A program made the position numbers and the translations under genes. Below the pieces are notes generated by a model. The model searched no databases. It saw only the letters and a list, made by a program, of their open reading frames with translations, and had not been told where the DNA came from. From NCBI GenBank assembly GCA_964640435.1, contig CAZXFJ010000002.1, positions 4,175 through 68,174 of the forward strand: 64,000 bases of DNA, written 5' to 3'. Origin of the DNA: an uncultured Gammaproteobacteria bacterium. GTDB taxonomy: Bacteria; Patescibacteriota; Microgenomatia; Levybacterales; GWA1-39-11. Each line of letters begins with the position of its first letter. Within the stretch, counting starts at the first letter, position 1. Of the stretch, positions 7,935 through 18,388 are shown one piece after another.

Positions 7935-9422
7935 ATGACAAACGAAAATGACCGCTCCTCAATTCCGTTCGAAGCAGGAATAAGTCCGAGAAGGAATTGG
8001 AATTGGTTTGAATATCATTCAGCGCTTTCTTATAGATATGCAAGTCCTGAAATGAAAAGGGTTTGGTCGGAAGGACATAAGGCAGAGCTTAGCGCAGATG
8101 TTTGGATTGCTGTAGCAAGTGCGCAAAATAAAGTCGGGTTAGTTACTGACGAGCAACTTGCAGATCTGCAAGAACACAAAAGAGATTTTGTAGCAGGAAT
8201 AGATGAGATGTTGAGCCGTGAAAGAGATAGAAGCAACCCCAATTATAGTGGTCACGATATTATTGCTGCTACATCATGGTATGGCGAGGTGGCAAAAATT
8301 GGAGGAGGTATTGTTCATCGTCCAATGACCTCTGAAGATCTTCTTTCAAATGTTGAAGCCCTTCAGATGAAAGAGGGAACAGCCTTAATTGATAAAAAAA
8401 TGCATTCTGTACTTAAGCATTTTGGCGAGAAGATAGACCAATATAAAGAGCTACCTGCCTTAGGGCAAACTCACATGCAGGCGGGAGAGCCAGTCACCTT
8501 AGGATTAAGATTGGCTGTTCATGCCGTTGATTTTCTTCTTGACTACCAAAAATTACAATTTGTAAATGAGAGAATTTTAGGAAAAGGAATAAAGGGACCG
8601 GTTGGTACTATGGCCGAGGTGGAAACACTCTTAGAAGGTATTGATATGGACCCATTTGAGCACGAAAAGTTAGTTATGGACGAGCTAGGCCTTAGAGCTT
8701 TTCCTGTAACAAATCAAACCTATCCCAGGAAAATGACAGCAGATGTGGTAGGTGCACTAGGAGACATTGGAGTATCGGTTCAGAGATTTGGTTTAAATAT
8801 GAGATTATATCAATCGTCATTGTTTGATGAACTAGCGGAACCCAGAAGCTCTCAGGATAGAGGATCTTCTGCTATGCCCCATAAAAGAAATCCAGTGGGT
8901 GCAGAAAATGCGATGGCATTGGGAAGGGGAATAAGATACAAGCATTCTGAGGCTCAGGAAATTGCAGCAAATGTTGTAATGGAAAGAGGTATTGATGATT
9001 CAGCCGGGAAAAGATCATTTCTACCAGAATCATTTTTAGCTTTGGATGAGGCACTGACTAGGGTCGATAGAATAGTTGCGGGATTAGTTGTGAACGAAAC
9101 CTCTATTTGGAGAAATCTACATACTTTTTCTGAATTTACTATAAGTGCGCCTATCATGGCACTCATGACACGTGAGGGTATAAGTCGTCAAGATGCTCAT
9201 GAAAAACTTGCTGTGCTTGCAGGTGAAGCTTTTGAAACATTTAGGTCAACTAATGTTAATGATTATGGAGATAGACTATTAAATGATCCACTAGTAATGC
9301 AATATGTTACTGCTGCAGAGATAAAGAGAATGATAGATATTGCAGAGAAGCATATTGGTCGGGCACCACAGATTTGTGAGGGATTCCTCAGCGAACACCT
9401 CTACCCAGCACTTGCAAAATAA
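7935..9422 (+). CDS. purB: adenylosuccinate lyase
   Basis: Fumarate-lyase signature GSSAMPHKRNP. N-terminal YRYASPEM block typical of PurB. 495 aa. Confidence 0.9.
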   Translation: MTNENDRSSIPFEAGISPRRNWNWFEYHSALSYRYASPEMKRVWSEGHKAELSADVWIAVASAQNKVGLVTDEQLADLQEHKRDFVAGIDEMLSRERDRSNPNYSGHDIIAATSWYGEVAKIGGGIVHRPMTSEDLLSNVEALQMKEGTALIDKKMHSVLKHFGEKIDQYKELPALGQTHMQAGEPVTLGLRLAVHAVDFLLDYQKLQFVNERILGKGIKGPVGTMAEVETLLEGIDMDPFEHEKLVMDELGLRAFPVTNQTYPRKMTADVVGALGDIGVSVQRFGLNMRLYQSSLFDELAEPRSSQDRGSSAMPHKRNPVGAENAMALGRGIRYKHSEAQEIAANVVMERGIDDSAGKRSFLPESFLALDEALTRVDRIVAGLVVNETSIWRNLHTFSEFTISAPIMALMTREGISRQDAHEKLAVLAGEAFETFRSTNVNDYGDRLLNDPLVMQYVTAAEIKRMIDIAEKHIGRAPQICEGFLSEHLYPALAK

Positions 9423-9451
9423 TTTCAAAACTAGTAAAACTCCTGTATAAT
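9423..9451 (+). promoter_or_regulatory. candidate promoter (TTTCAA-N17-TATAAT) ending 8 nt before the ATG at 9460; head of the glycosylation super-operon
   Basis: -35-like TTTCAA at 9423-9428. TATAAT at 9446-9451. No Shine-Dalgarno sequence. Confidence 0.35.
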
Positions 9452-9459
9452 CAATCCAT

Positions 9460-10206
9460 ATGAAAGTATCCGTTGTTATACCCTCATTTAATGAAATGGG
9501 TAATCTTCGCAAAGGAACTCTGGACCACGTAGAACACTTTTTAGCAAGACAAAAGTTTGATTACGATGTAATTATCGTTGATGATGGATCAAAAGATGGC
9601 TCTAGAGAGTTTGTAAAAAAGTTTGTCGAATCAAACAGGAAATTTAAGCTAATTGAGAATAATCATATGGGTAAAGCTGGGGCTGTAACTACAGGTGTAC
9701 TTGCAGCAAGGGGAGATTACATTTTATTTACTGATATGGATCAAGCAACCCCAATTGAAGAATTAAGCAACTTATTGCCTTTTGTGGAAGATGGATACGA
9801 TATTGCTATTGGTTCTCGGGGAAAAGTTCGTCGGGGAGCTCCCTGGACAAGGCGTTTTATGGGGCAGGGTATGATAGTTTTAAGATCAGTTCTTGTGGGA
9901 TTTCCTGAAATTAAAGACACACAGTGTGGATTTAAGATTTTCAAGAAAAAAGCTGCACATGAAATATTTGAAAAGATTAAAAAAATCCATAATGGATTCA
10001 GAACGATAAAAAGCTCATCTGTCGCAGCAGGTTTTGATGTAGAGCTTTTGTATATTGCTGACAAAATGAAGTTTAAAATAAAAGAGGTTCCAGTCGACTG
10101 GCTATACGTTGAGACAAGGAGAGTTTCTCCACTCAAAGACTCAGTTGAGAGTGTACTCGATTTAGTAAGAATAAGAAAAAATATTTTCAAAGGAACTTAT
10201 GATTAA
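9460..10206 (+). CDS. GT2 polyprenyl-phosphate sugar synthase (DPM1/GtrB/CsbB-like)
   Basis: VVIPSFNE...DDGSKDGS, GKAGA, DMDQATP, DTQCGFKIF and GFDVELLY: the DPM1-like GT2 pattern. 248 aa. Confidence 0.85.
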   Translation: MKVSVVIPSFNEMGNLRKGTLDHVEHFLARQKFDYDVIIVDDGSKDGSREFVKKFVESNRKFKLIENNHMGKAGAVTTGVLAARGDYILFTDMDQATPIEELSNLLPFVEDGYDIAIGSRGKVRRGAPWTRRFMGQGMIVLRSVLVGFPEIKDTQCGFKIFKKKAAHEIFEKIKKIHNGFRTIKSSSVAAGFDVELLYIADKMKFKIKEVPVDWLYVETRRVSPLKDSVESVLDLVRIRKNIFKGTYD

Positions 10207-11344
10207 AAGACTTTTACTTCCTCTCTGGATTTTAGTGGCAATCGCTCTTTTCCTTTATTCCTTCACTCAAGTTGATCTATCTTTGACGTTTTCAAGCGCA
10301 GGAATTTTCCAAACTGTTCAAAAATATTTCCAGTATGTAGGATGGTTTAATAGGCCATTATCTACATATATATATGTAGGTATACTAGTTGCTATTTTTG
10401 CTCTTTATGGAATAACGCTACATTTAATAAACACAAAGAAAATTGAAAGAAAAAAGCTATTAACAATAGTTTTTGCAGTAACAGCTGTTTTATTTTTGTC
10501 ATACTGTGCATTTTCTTATGACATCTTTAACTACATTTTTGATGCAAAAATAATTACTCACTACAACCAGAATCCTTATGAGCATAAAGCTCTAGATTAT
10601 GCCGGTGATCCTATGTTGTCATTTATGAGGTGGACCCACAGAGTTTATCCTTATGGACCTTTCTGGTTAGTATTAACAGTTCCATTGTCATATGTTGGTT
10701 TTGGCATTTTTAGTTTCACGTTTTATTTGTTTAAGCTTCTAATGCTTGCTTCATTTGTGGGGACGGTTTTGCTTATCGAAAGACTTGCTAAAAAGCTTGA
10801 TTTTGATCCCCTTTTTGCTGTAGCAGCTTTTGCGCTTAATCCATTAGTTTTAGTAGAATCATTAGTGTCTTCTCATAATGATATTGTCATGATGTTTTTT
10901 GGACTTCTTGCAATATATCTTTTTTATGAGAAGAGATATATTACATCGTACTTTAGTCTTCTTTTTTCTATTCTAATTAAATTTGCAACGGTACTTGAAA
11001 TCCCCGCAATTCTTGCAAAAAGTATATTTAAGCTCAAAGATGAAAAGTTTTTTTATCTACTCATATTATGTATGATTGGTGGGGCGTTACTTGCGACATT
11101 TAGAACACAGTTTCAGCCCTGGTATCTTATATATCCACTTACATTTGCAGCATTTGTGCAGAAAAAATATTTTATTGCAATTCCAGTGTTTATTATTTCA
11201 ATCGCAGCTCTAATGCAATATATACCATATCTGTATTTGGGTAATTGGGATCCCCCAGTACCTTTTATCCTTAACTCTATAATGCTCGCTTCCGTAGTCC
11301 TCTCCGTGATTGTTATTGGAGGATATAAATTAATTAGAAGATAG
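10199..11344 (+). CDS. polytopic GT-C-like membrane glycosyltransferase (GT87/DUF2029-like)
   Basis: 381 aa with ~9-10 TM. First-loop motif SYDIFNY, then GDPM...YPYGPFW and SSHNDIVMM. A paralog with the same motif order sits at 46596. Confidence 0.5.
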   Translation: MIKRLLLPLWILVAIALFLYSFTQVDLSLTFSSAGIFQTVQKYFQYVGWFNRPLSTYIYVGILVAIFALYGITLHLINTKKIERKKLLTIVFAVTAVLFLSYCAFSYDIFNYIFDAKIITHYNQNPYEHKALDYAGDPMLSFMRWTHRVYPYGPFWLVLTVPLSYVGFGIFSFTFYLFKLLMLASFVGTVLLIERLAKKLDFDPLFAVAAFALNPLVLVESLVSSHNDIVMMFFGLLAIYLFYEKRYITSYFSLLFSILIKFATVLEIPAILAKSIFKLKDEKFFYLLILCMIGGALLATFRTQFQPWYLIYPLTFAAFVQKKYFIAIPVFIISIAALMQYIPYLYLGNWDPPVPFILNSIMLASVVLSVIVIGGYKLIRR

Positions 11345-11357
11345 TCCCAAATTCAGG

Positions 11358-11363
11358 TATAAT
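11358..11363 (+). promoter_or_regulatory. -10 box TATAAT 6 nt upstream of the ATG at 11370 (internal promoter, leaderless configuration)
   Basis: TATAAT at 11358-11363, then ttaatt, then ATG. Confidence 0.35.
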
Positions 11364-11369
11364 TTAATT

Positions 11370-12920
11370 ATGAATTTAAAGAATAAAAAGCTTTTGTTTT
11401 TTGGAAGTGCAATCTTAATAACTGTTCTTTATTTCGCGCTACGTTTATTTCATTTAACCTCACTACCACTTTTTACAGATGAAGCAATCTATATTAGATG
11501 GTCTCAGATTGCTGCACAAGATGCTAACTGGAGATTTATTTCTCTTACTGATGGAAAACAGCCGATGTATGTTTGGATTGCAATGCTACTCTTGAAGATA
11601 TTTAATGATCCACTTTTTGCCGGACGTCTAGTTTCGGTGATCGCTGGTTTTGGAACAGTAATAGGTTTATTTTTCTTAGGAAATGAATTATTCCGTGAGA
11701 AGAAAGAAAAAATATTTTCATTCACACAAAAAACTGTAACTATTGGGTTATTATCGAGCCTGTTTTATGTTATATATCCTTTCGGGTTAGTGTATGACAG
11801 AATGGGTCTTTACGATAGCTTAGTAGGAATGTTTGCTGTTTGGGCTCTTTATCTACTTGTTTTGCTCGTTAGAACCCTGAGGCTCGATGTGGCACTTCTT
11901 GCTGGACTTGTAATCGGTGGTGGGGTTTTAACGAAAACAAATGCATTCTCTTCTATTTATTCTATGCCACTTCTTCTGCTTATTTTTGGTTGGGGTGGAA
12001 AAGGCTTAAAGAATAGGCTTATTAAATTCTTCCTCTTATGTTTAGTTGTTGTAGTTCTTTCAAATGTGATCTACTCAGTATTAAGACTATCTCCATTTTT
12101 CCACATAATTGCACAGAAAAACGCTTTGTTTTTCTATCCAATAGGTGAGTGGATAAAGCATCCATTTACTTATTTATTTAGCAATCTAAGCGCTCTAGTA
12201 AACTGGTTAATGATTTACTTTTCCGTTCCTTTACTTTTGGTCATTGGGTCATTCTTTATCAACAAAAAAGACTTTTTTATAAAGGCAATGTTAGTGCTTT
12301 GGTTCTTGGCACCATTTTCGTTCTTGGCATTTTTTGGAAATACCATTTATCCAAGATTCATATTATTTATGACCTTACCTTTAATTCCGCTCGTTGCTTA
12401 TTCAATCGTTGAGTTGTTTGCGAGATATAAATCAAACATAGTAAGAGGCCTAATATTAATTATTGCTTTTGGCTTCTATATATATTCTGACTTTTTTATA
12501 CTCACGAATTTCGCGGTTGCCCCAATACCAAGAGCTGACAGGATTCAGTATATGAACTCATGGAGTGCCGGAAATGGACTTGCTGAATCAGTTGAGTTCT
12601 TTAAAGAACAATCAAAAGACAAAAAAATATATATCGTTACACAAGGAACATTTGGTCTGATGCCTTTTGGTCTTGAAATGTATTTGGTTGATAACCCAAA
12701 TATCAAAATTAATGCCTTGTGGCCTGTGAATAATACACCACCTGATGAAATAACTGAGATGGCAAAAAAGCTTCCTACTTATGCGATATTTTATCAGCCA
12801 TGTTCTTCGTGTGGAATTAGTGCAGGTAAGTTGCCTCAAGGATGGAACGGAAAACTAATTAATACTTACAGACAAGGAATTTCAGAGGACTACTATAGTA
12901 TTTATCAAATCCTTCCATGA
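11370..12920 (+). CDS. GT-C membrane glycosyltransferase, PMT_2/GT39-GT83 (ArnT/PMT-like)
   Basis: 516 aa, polytopic. First-loop LFTDEAIY... acidic DE motif, and GRLVSVIAGFGTVIGLF, typical of ArnT/PMT-family enzymes. Confidence 0.7.
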   Translation: MNLKNKKLLFFGSAILITVLYFALRLFHLTSLPLFTDEAIYIRWSQIAAQDANWRFISLTDGKQPMYVWIAMLLLKIFNDPLFAGRLVSVIAGFGTVIGLFFLGNELFREKKEKIFSFTQKTVTIGLLSSLFYVIYPFGLVYDRMGLYDSLVGMFAVWALYLLVLLVRTLRLDVALLAGLVIGGGVLTKTNAFSSIYSMPLLLLIFGWGGKGLKNRLIKFFLLCLVVVVLSNVIYSVLRLSPFFHIIAQKNALFFYPIGEWIKHPFTYLFSNLSALVNWLMIYFSVPLLLVIGSFFINKKDFFIKAMLVLWFLAPFSFLAFFGNTIYPRFILFMTLPLIPLVAYSIVELFARYKSNIVRGLILIIAFGFYIYSDFFILTNFAVAPIPRADRIQYMNSWSAGNGLAESVEFFKEQSKDKKIYIVTQGTFGLMPFGLEMYLVDNPNIKINALWPVNNTPPDEITEMAKKLPTYAIFYQPCSSCGISAGKLPQGWNGKLINTYRQGISEDYYSIYQILP

Positions 12921-15313
12921 AGCAAAAAGTAATTATTGTCTTGTTATCCTGCTTCATTGTTTTGGCATTCTTCTATCAATTATTTCAGGGTAAAGTACCG
13001 TTTCCAGGTGACCTACTTGTAAATCAGGAGCCTTATAGATCTGAATCCATCGACGGGTTTGTAGCTGGATCTATTCCTAATAAAGCTCAAGGACCGGATG
13101 TTATTCATGAGCTTCTTCCGTGGAAAAAATTTACTATTGATTCATGGAAAAACTTGCAAATCCCTTTTTGGGATCCTTATAACTTTTCGGGTAATCCATT
13201 AATGGCAAATTATCAAAGTGGCGTTTTTTATCCGGGAAATATAATATTCTTTATTTTAGATTTTTCTGATGCATGGAGTATTTATATCTTTTTAACTCCA
13301 TTCCTTTCAATCCTTTTTACATACCTTTTCTTGAAAAGATTAAAACTGTCGGATGCAGCATCTTTATTTGGTGGCCTTGCTTTTTCGTTCTCTCTTTATA
13401 TGACAGTTTGGATGGAATACGGGAACATAGGGCATACATTTTTATGGCTTCCTCTTATACTTTATTTTACCGATAGATTTGTTGAAAGAAATAATAGAGT
13501 AGCTTTTTTGGGAATTGTATTGTCTTCATTTGCGGCAGCATTAGCTGGATACATTCAAGGCCTTTTCTATATTTATGCAATCACATTTATTTATTTTCTT
13601 TTAAAAAGTAATTCCCTAAAAAAGCCAAACTCACGTAAAATATTCATTTTCATTTCTTCTTTGGCATTACCAATATTTTTAACTGCGTTTCAAATGTTGC
13701 CAACGCTTGAGCTATTTGGTGAGTCAACAAGGGGAAATTATTCCCTGGATCAAATCCAGAAGATGCTTAATCCGCTTTACTATTTGATAACTATAGTTGC
13801 ACCTGATTTTTTTGGAAATCCTGCAAGCAGAAATTTCTGGTTTGATGGTACATATATTGAGAGAGTTTCCTATTTTGGTCTAATACCTTTTGCTTTTGCA
13901 ATACTTGCAATCGTTTCAGTATTTAAACGAGTAGAGGTTAAGGTTTTTTCAATTCTATTTATTTTTTCATTACTTATTTCAACTGATCTTTTCATAACTC
14001 GTTTTTTCTATTTAATACCTATTCCTGTTTTATCAACAACAGTTGCTACAAGAATACTTTCTGTATTTGCTTTTTCAGGTGCGATTCTTGCAGCATTTGG
14101 ATTTGAGCAAGTTTTACAGAGTAAGGATAAGAAGAAAATGTTTATGATTTTTGGATTATTACTTGCAGTAATAATTGTAGCCTTTGTGTTTACTCTTGCT
14201 TACCCAAAGACTTTAAGTGATTTGACAGTAATTTCTCAGCTTGCAACATCAAAGCGTAATTTAATTATTCCTTTAGCGACACTCATTATTTTTGGCGGGT
14301 TAACATTTGTTTTTTATAATTTGAATCTTTTTAAAAAGTATAAAAAGATGATTTACGTATTTGTTATTTTTGCAATAACTTTCGCAGAATTGTTTTATTA
14401 TTTTCAAAAAATTACACCGTTTGCTCCTAAAAATTATATGTACCCAGAAACACCCATTATGTCTTTCCTACAAAAAGATGCGGGTATAAATCGGTTTTGG
14501 GGATATGGTACTGCATATATCGAAAGCAATTTTCAAACTTTTGATAAAACATACTCACCTGAAGGAAATGACCCGCTCCATATAAAAACATATACCGAGC
14601 TTTTATCAGTTAGCAAAGATGGAAAAGTCCCCGCATTACTTCCGAGGCCGGATGCAAATATTGCAAGTGGATATGGTCAGGAAGATCTTTCAAATAACTC
14701 TTATAGACAAAAGATATTAAATATCGTTGGTATTAAGTACGTCCTTAATAGGAGCGAGATTCTAACAGGAGATTATTCTCCCGATACGGTAACTTTCCCA
14801 GAAGAAAAATATAAGCTGGCTTGGCAAAAAGGTCTATGGCAGGCATATGAGAACAAGAATATAACTCAACGAATTTTTATTACAAATAAATATAAAGTTG
14901 TGAATGAAGATAAAGCACTTCAGACTTTATTGAATAAGGACTTTAATGAAAAAGAGACTCTGGTGCTGTATGAAGATCCAAAGATCAAGCAGAGTGATTT
15001 AAAACAAAGTCTAAAAGTTGATTCATATACACCAAATAAAATTACTATTTCAGCAAAAACTTCCTCCGATGCGCTTCTTTATGTGTCAGACAATTATTAT
15101 CCCGGGTGGATTGCAAGTATTGATGGTCAAGACAACAAGATATATTTGGCAAATTATACTTTCCGTGCTGTTGTTGTACCAGCAGGTGACCATAAGGTAG
15201 TTTTTGAATTTAAGCCACAAAGCTTTTATTATGGAATATATATCGCACTTGCCGGTCTAGCGGGACTGGTAATAATGCTTATTATTATTGGTAAAAAAAA
15301 GAATGAAAAGTAA
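12917..15313 (+). CDS. YfhO-family membrane glycosyltransferase (GT-C), paralog 1
   Basis: 798 aa. WDPYNFSGNPLMANYQSGVFYP, the conserved APDFFGNP block and a C-terminal YYPGW motif. Shared with the ORFs at 24050 and 28539. Confidence 0.8.
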   Translation: MKQKVIIVLLSCFIVLAFFYQLFQGKVPFPGDLLVNQEPYRSESIDGFVAGSIPNKAQGPDVIHELLPWKKFTIDSWKNLQIPFWDPYNFSGNPLMANYQSGVFYPGNIIFFILDFSDAWSIYIFLTPFLSILFTYLFLKRLKLSDAASLFGGLAFSFSLYMTVWMEYGNIGHTFLWLPLILYFTDRFVERNNRVAFLGIVLSSFAAALAGYIQGLFYIYAITFIYFLLKSNSLKKPNSRKIFIFISSLALPIFLTAFQMLPTLELFGESTRGNYSLDQIQKMLNPLYYLITIVAPDFFGNPASRNFWFDGTYIERVSYFGLIPFAFAILAIVSVFKRVEVKVFSILFIFSLLISTDLFITRFFYLIPIPVLSTTVATRILSVFAFSGAILAAFGFEQVLQSKDKKKMFMIFGLLLAVIIVAFVFTLAYPKTLSDLTVISQLATSKRNLIIPLATLIIFGGLTFVFYNLNLFKKYKKMIYVFVIFAITFAELFYYFQKITPFAPKNYMYPETPIMSFLQKDAGINRFWGYGTAYIESNFQTFDKTYSPEGNDPLHIKTYTELLSVSKDGKVPALLPRPDANIASGYGQEDLSNNSYRQKILNIVGIKYVLNRSEILTGDYSPDTVTFPEEKYKLAWQKGLWQAYENKNITQRIFITNKYKVVNEDKALQTLLNKDFNEKETLVLYEDPKIKQSDLKQSLKVDSYTPNKITISAKTSSDALLYVSDNYYPGWIASIDGQDNKIYLANYTFRAVVVPAGDHKVVFEFKPQSFYYGIYIALAGLAGLVIMLIIIGKKKNEK

Positions 15314-16859
15314 ATATGTCTTGCTTATTATTTTGATACTTCTTGTTATTCCATCTTTTTGGTTTTTGATAAAACCAGGTTTTATTACAACCGACGATGG
15401 TAATTGGATGATTATCAGATTTTCGGCTTTCTATCAGGCCTTACGTGATGGTCAATTTCCTGTAAGAGTTTTGGATCGTTTAAATTTCGGCTATGGTTAT
15501 CCTGTTACAAACTTCTTATACCCAGGCTTCATGTATTTGGCAGTTCCATTTAAAGCTTTTGGCCTAAGCTTTGTCATGACGATTAAGCTAGTAATAGCTC
15601 TTTGCATGATCGGTTCTGGTGTTTTTATGTATCTTTGGTTGGGCCGACTATACAACAGCGTTTCAGCGTTCTTTGCATCCCTTTTTTACGTTTATGCACC
15701 ATATCATCTTTACGACTTAAGTAGGAGAGGGTCTGTCGGTGAGCTACTTTCATTAGCTGTTTTTCCTTTCACGATGTGGCAAATTGAAAGACAAAGCTTG
15801 TTCTTTTCAGCGATTGGTTTCGCTTTACTTATTATTTCACATAATACACTTGCGATAATGTTTTTGGCATTAATTATTTCGTACGCAGCTGTATCAATCT
15901 ATGCTTCTGAAAATCGTAAATTACTTATGGAGTTTTATTCAAGGTTAATAATTTTTGGACTTGGGATTTCTGCCTTTTTCTGGCTACCAGCCTTATTTGA
16001 ATTACAAAATACAGCTTTTTCTAAAACAAAAATTTCTGACTTCTCCAAATATTTTGCAGACTACAATCTTATTGGATTAACAACTATTTTGATTTTTGTT
16101 GGAACAATTATTGTTTTTATTATAAAGACAAGTTTAATAAAAAAAGAATACAAAACGATTTTAATGCTGACTTTGGGAATTGTTACAGCATTTTTAGCAA
16201 GTAATTTAAGTGAGGTGCTATGGCATGTTCTTCCGGTATCATTTATTCAATTTCCGTTTAGGATGCTTTCAGTAACAATTATTGCAGCATCTTTTGTACT
16301 TGCTTTCTGTCTCTCTCAAGTCGAGATGAGGATAAGAATAGCAGTTGGTATCGTTTTTATTGCTGTGACAATTGTTTTATCTTACAAACTTTTAATTCCA
16401 ACTTCTTTTAATTTAGAACAAGATGGTTTTTATTCCACAAATGAGGCAACGACAACAGTTCTTGATGAATATATGCCAGTTTGGGTTAAGGATAAGCCTT
16501 TGGGACATTTCGAAGAGAAAGTAAAAGTTATTCAAGGAGAAGGTGGAATACAAAATGTTTCCGCTAATTCAAAAAATATTTCATTTAATTTTGTATCAAA
16601 TTCTCCAGCAGTTGTGAGCGTATCAACTATTTATTATCCTGGATGGAAGGCATATGCAAATGGAAAAGAAAAGGCAATATTTTTTGATAACAGGAATGGG
16701 TTGATTGAGTTAAAACTTGAGGGAAGGAATCAAAAGGTAGAATTAAATTTTGGAGAAACTACAATGAGATTACTTGCAGATATTGTTTCTATTCTCTCTC
16801 TTATTTTGCTCTTCACTATAACTTTATACAAACCTGTTTTAAAATATATAAATAAATGA
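15303..16859 (+). CDS. short YfhO-related GT-C-like membrane protein (H-D-G motif family), member 1
   Basis: ATG at 15303 is preferred over the TTG at 15288. N-terminal TDDGNWMIIRF...FPVRVLDRLNFGYGYP motif and C-terminal YYPGWKAY. Confidence 0.6.
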   Translation: MKSKYVLLIILILLVIPSFWFLIKPGFITTDDGNWMIIRFSAFYQALRDGQFPVRVLDRLNFGYGYPVTNFLYPGFMYLAVPFKAFGLSFVMTIKLVIALCMIGSGVFMYLWLGRLYNSVSAFFASLFYVYAPYHLYDLSRRGSVGELLSLAVFPFTMWQIERQSLFFSAIGFALLIISHNTLAIMFLALIISYAAVSIYASENRKLLMEFYSRLIIFGLGISAFFWLPALFELQNTAFSKTKISDFSKYFADYNLIGLTTILIFVGTIIVFIIKTSLIKKEYKTILMLTLGIVTAFLASNLSEVLWHVLPVSFIQFPFRMLSVTIIAASFVLAFCLSQVEMRIRIAVGIVFIAVTIVLSYKLLIPTSFNLEQDGFYSTNEATTTVLDEYMPVWVKDKPLGHFEEKVKVIQGEGGIQNVSANSKNISFNFVSNSPAVVSVSTIYYPGWKAYANGKEKAIFFDNRNGLIELKLEGRNQKVELNFGETTMRLLADIVSILSLILLFTITLYKPVLKYINK

Positions 16860-18388
16860 AAAAAATTCTAACAAATAACTGGGCACTTATTGGCTTTTTT
16901 TTAATCTCAATTTTTTCTGTTTTACCATTTTTTCAAAGTGGCTTTTTTCAGATTCATGATGATGTTCAGGTCGCACGAGTCTATGAGATGGGAAAAAGTC
17001 TTTCTTTAGGAATGTTTCCTGTGAGATGGGTTATAGATCTTGGATATGGGTTTGGATACCCTATTTTTAATTTCTATTCGGTCCTACCATATTATTTAGG
17101 TGGTACATTAACGCTTTTTGGTTTTGATGCGCTTCTAGCTACTAAAATAATTTTTGTGATAGCCATCATTGGATCTGGTATATCCATGTACTATTTGGTT
17201 AATTCTTTTTTTGGTAAAGCTGCAGCACTTACATCTGCGCTTGTTTATCTTTATTTTCCTTACCACGCTGTAAACATTTATGTAAGAGGAGATTTGGCAG
17301 AGCTCTGGGCATATATGTTTTTGCCCTTGGTATTTTTAAGCTTTTTCAAAATTTACCAAGAAAAAAACTTATCAAAAAAATATATTGTTATTGGTGCATT
17401 ATCTATGGCAGCAGTTATTATTTGTCATAATCTATCTGCATTCATGCTTTTTATTTTCCTTGGTATTTTTTCGTTGTTTAGTTTACTAACTGGGACAAAC
17501 AAAAAAAATATATTTACTTCATGTGTACTTGTTTTTGGGTTAGCCTTTATGTTGTCTGCATTTTACGCAGTTCCAGCAACAATTGAGGCAAGTTTAACGA
17601 ATGTTTTAACTCAGGTTGGCGGTGGAGCAGATTTTGCTAAAAACTTTGTATGCATCAGACAGTTATGGGATGGTCCATGGGGATTTGGTGGGTCAGTTGC
17701 AGGATGTGTTGATGGCCTTAGTTTTAAACTTGGAAAATCAAATATTATTTTTGCCGTGATCGCCATTTTACTAGCAATTTTTTACTTCTCAAAATTAAAA
17801 GAGAACAGAGTAATAATTGTGTTTTCAATAGTCTTTTTAATTCTTTCTGTTTTTATGACTTTGCCAATATCAAATTTTATCTGGGAATTACCATTTATGG
17901 ACTTTTTGCAGTACCCTTGGAGATTCTTGAACTTTACGGGGGTATTTATAAGTATTGTAATAGGATCAGGGGTGTGGATTGTTTCTCAGCAATTTGAAAA
18001 GAAAGCTGAATATGTTGCTGTAATAGTAATAATACTTTCCACCTTATTTATAAACGGTAAGCTATTCGTGCCTCAAAGATACCTTGATCGAAGTTCTGAC
18101 TACTATACAAATAAAATGTATCTTAATTGGACAGCTTCAAAGATTTCTGATGAGTATCTTCCTAAAGGTTTTGTAAGACCTACATCTTACGAGCAAATCT
18201 CAAAATACAAACTGAACTATAATAATAGTCTGTATAAGGCTGAGCCTCTTCCAAAACCTCATTTTATGATGAATCAAACATTGGTTCAAAAGGTTTCAAA
18301 TGCGATTTCTCTTATTGGTGTTTTAGGTTTGATTACTGTTATAATAAGTAAATTCGGGAAGAAAGAAAAAAGTTCTAAAAATGGCTAA
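16856..18388 (+). CDS. short YfhO-related GT-C-like membrane protein (H-D-G motif family), member 2
   Basis: IHDDVQVARVYEM...FPVRWVIDLGYGFGYP. 510 aa, polytopic. ATGA overlap with the upstream gene. Confidence 0.6.
   Translation: MKKILTNNWALIGFFLISIFSVLPFFQSGFFQIHDDVQVARVYEMGKSLSLGMFPVRWVIDLGYGFGYPIFNFYSVLPYYLGGTLTLFGFDALLATKIIFVIAIIGSGISMYYLVNSFFGKAAALTSALVYLYFPYHAVNIYVRGDLAELWAYMFLPLVFLSFFKIYQEKNLSKKYIVIGALSMAAVIICHNLSAFMLFIFLGIFSLFSLLTGTNKKNIFTSCVLVFGLAFMLSAFYAVPATIEASLTNVLTQVGGGADFAKNFVCIRQLWDGPWGFGGSVAGCVDGLSFKLGKSNIIFAVIAILLAIFYFSKLKENRVIIVFSIVFLILSVFMTLPISNFIWELPFMDFLQYPWRFLNFTGVFISIVIGSGVWIVSQQFEKKAEYVAVIVIILSTLFINGKLFVPQRYLDRSSDYYTNKMYLNWTASKISDEYLPKGFVRPTSYEQISKYKLNYNNSLYKAEPLPKPHFMMNQTLVQKVSNAISLIGVLGLITVIISKFGKKEKSSKNG

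Noticed and set aside
15293-15300. A8 homopolymer tracts at or near gene boundaries (also 31698-31705, 31823-31830, and others around 56470, 59117, 60066, 61541) as possible slipped-strand phase-variation switches for glycosyltransferases
   Set aside because: Only poly-A tracts of 8 are seen, with no poly-G/C or longer tracts. Tracts of this kind are expected by chance in a genome this AT-rich, and none is positioned so that a +/-1 shift would clearly toggle a downstream gene.
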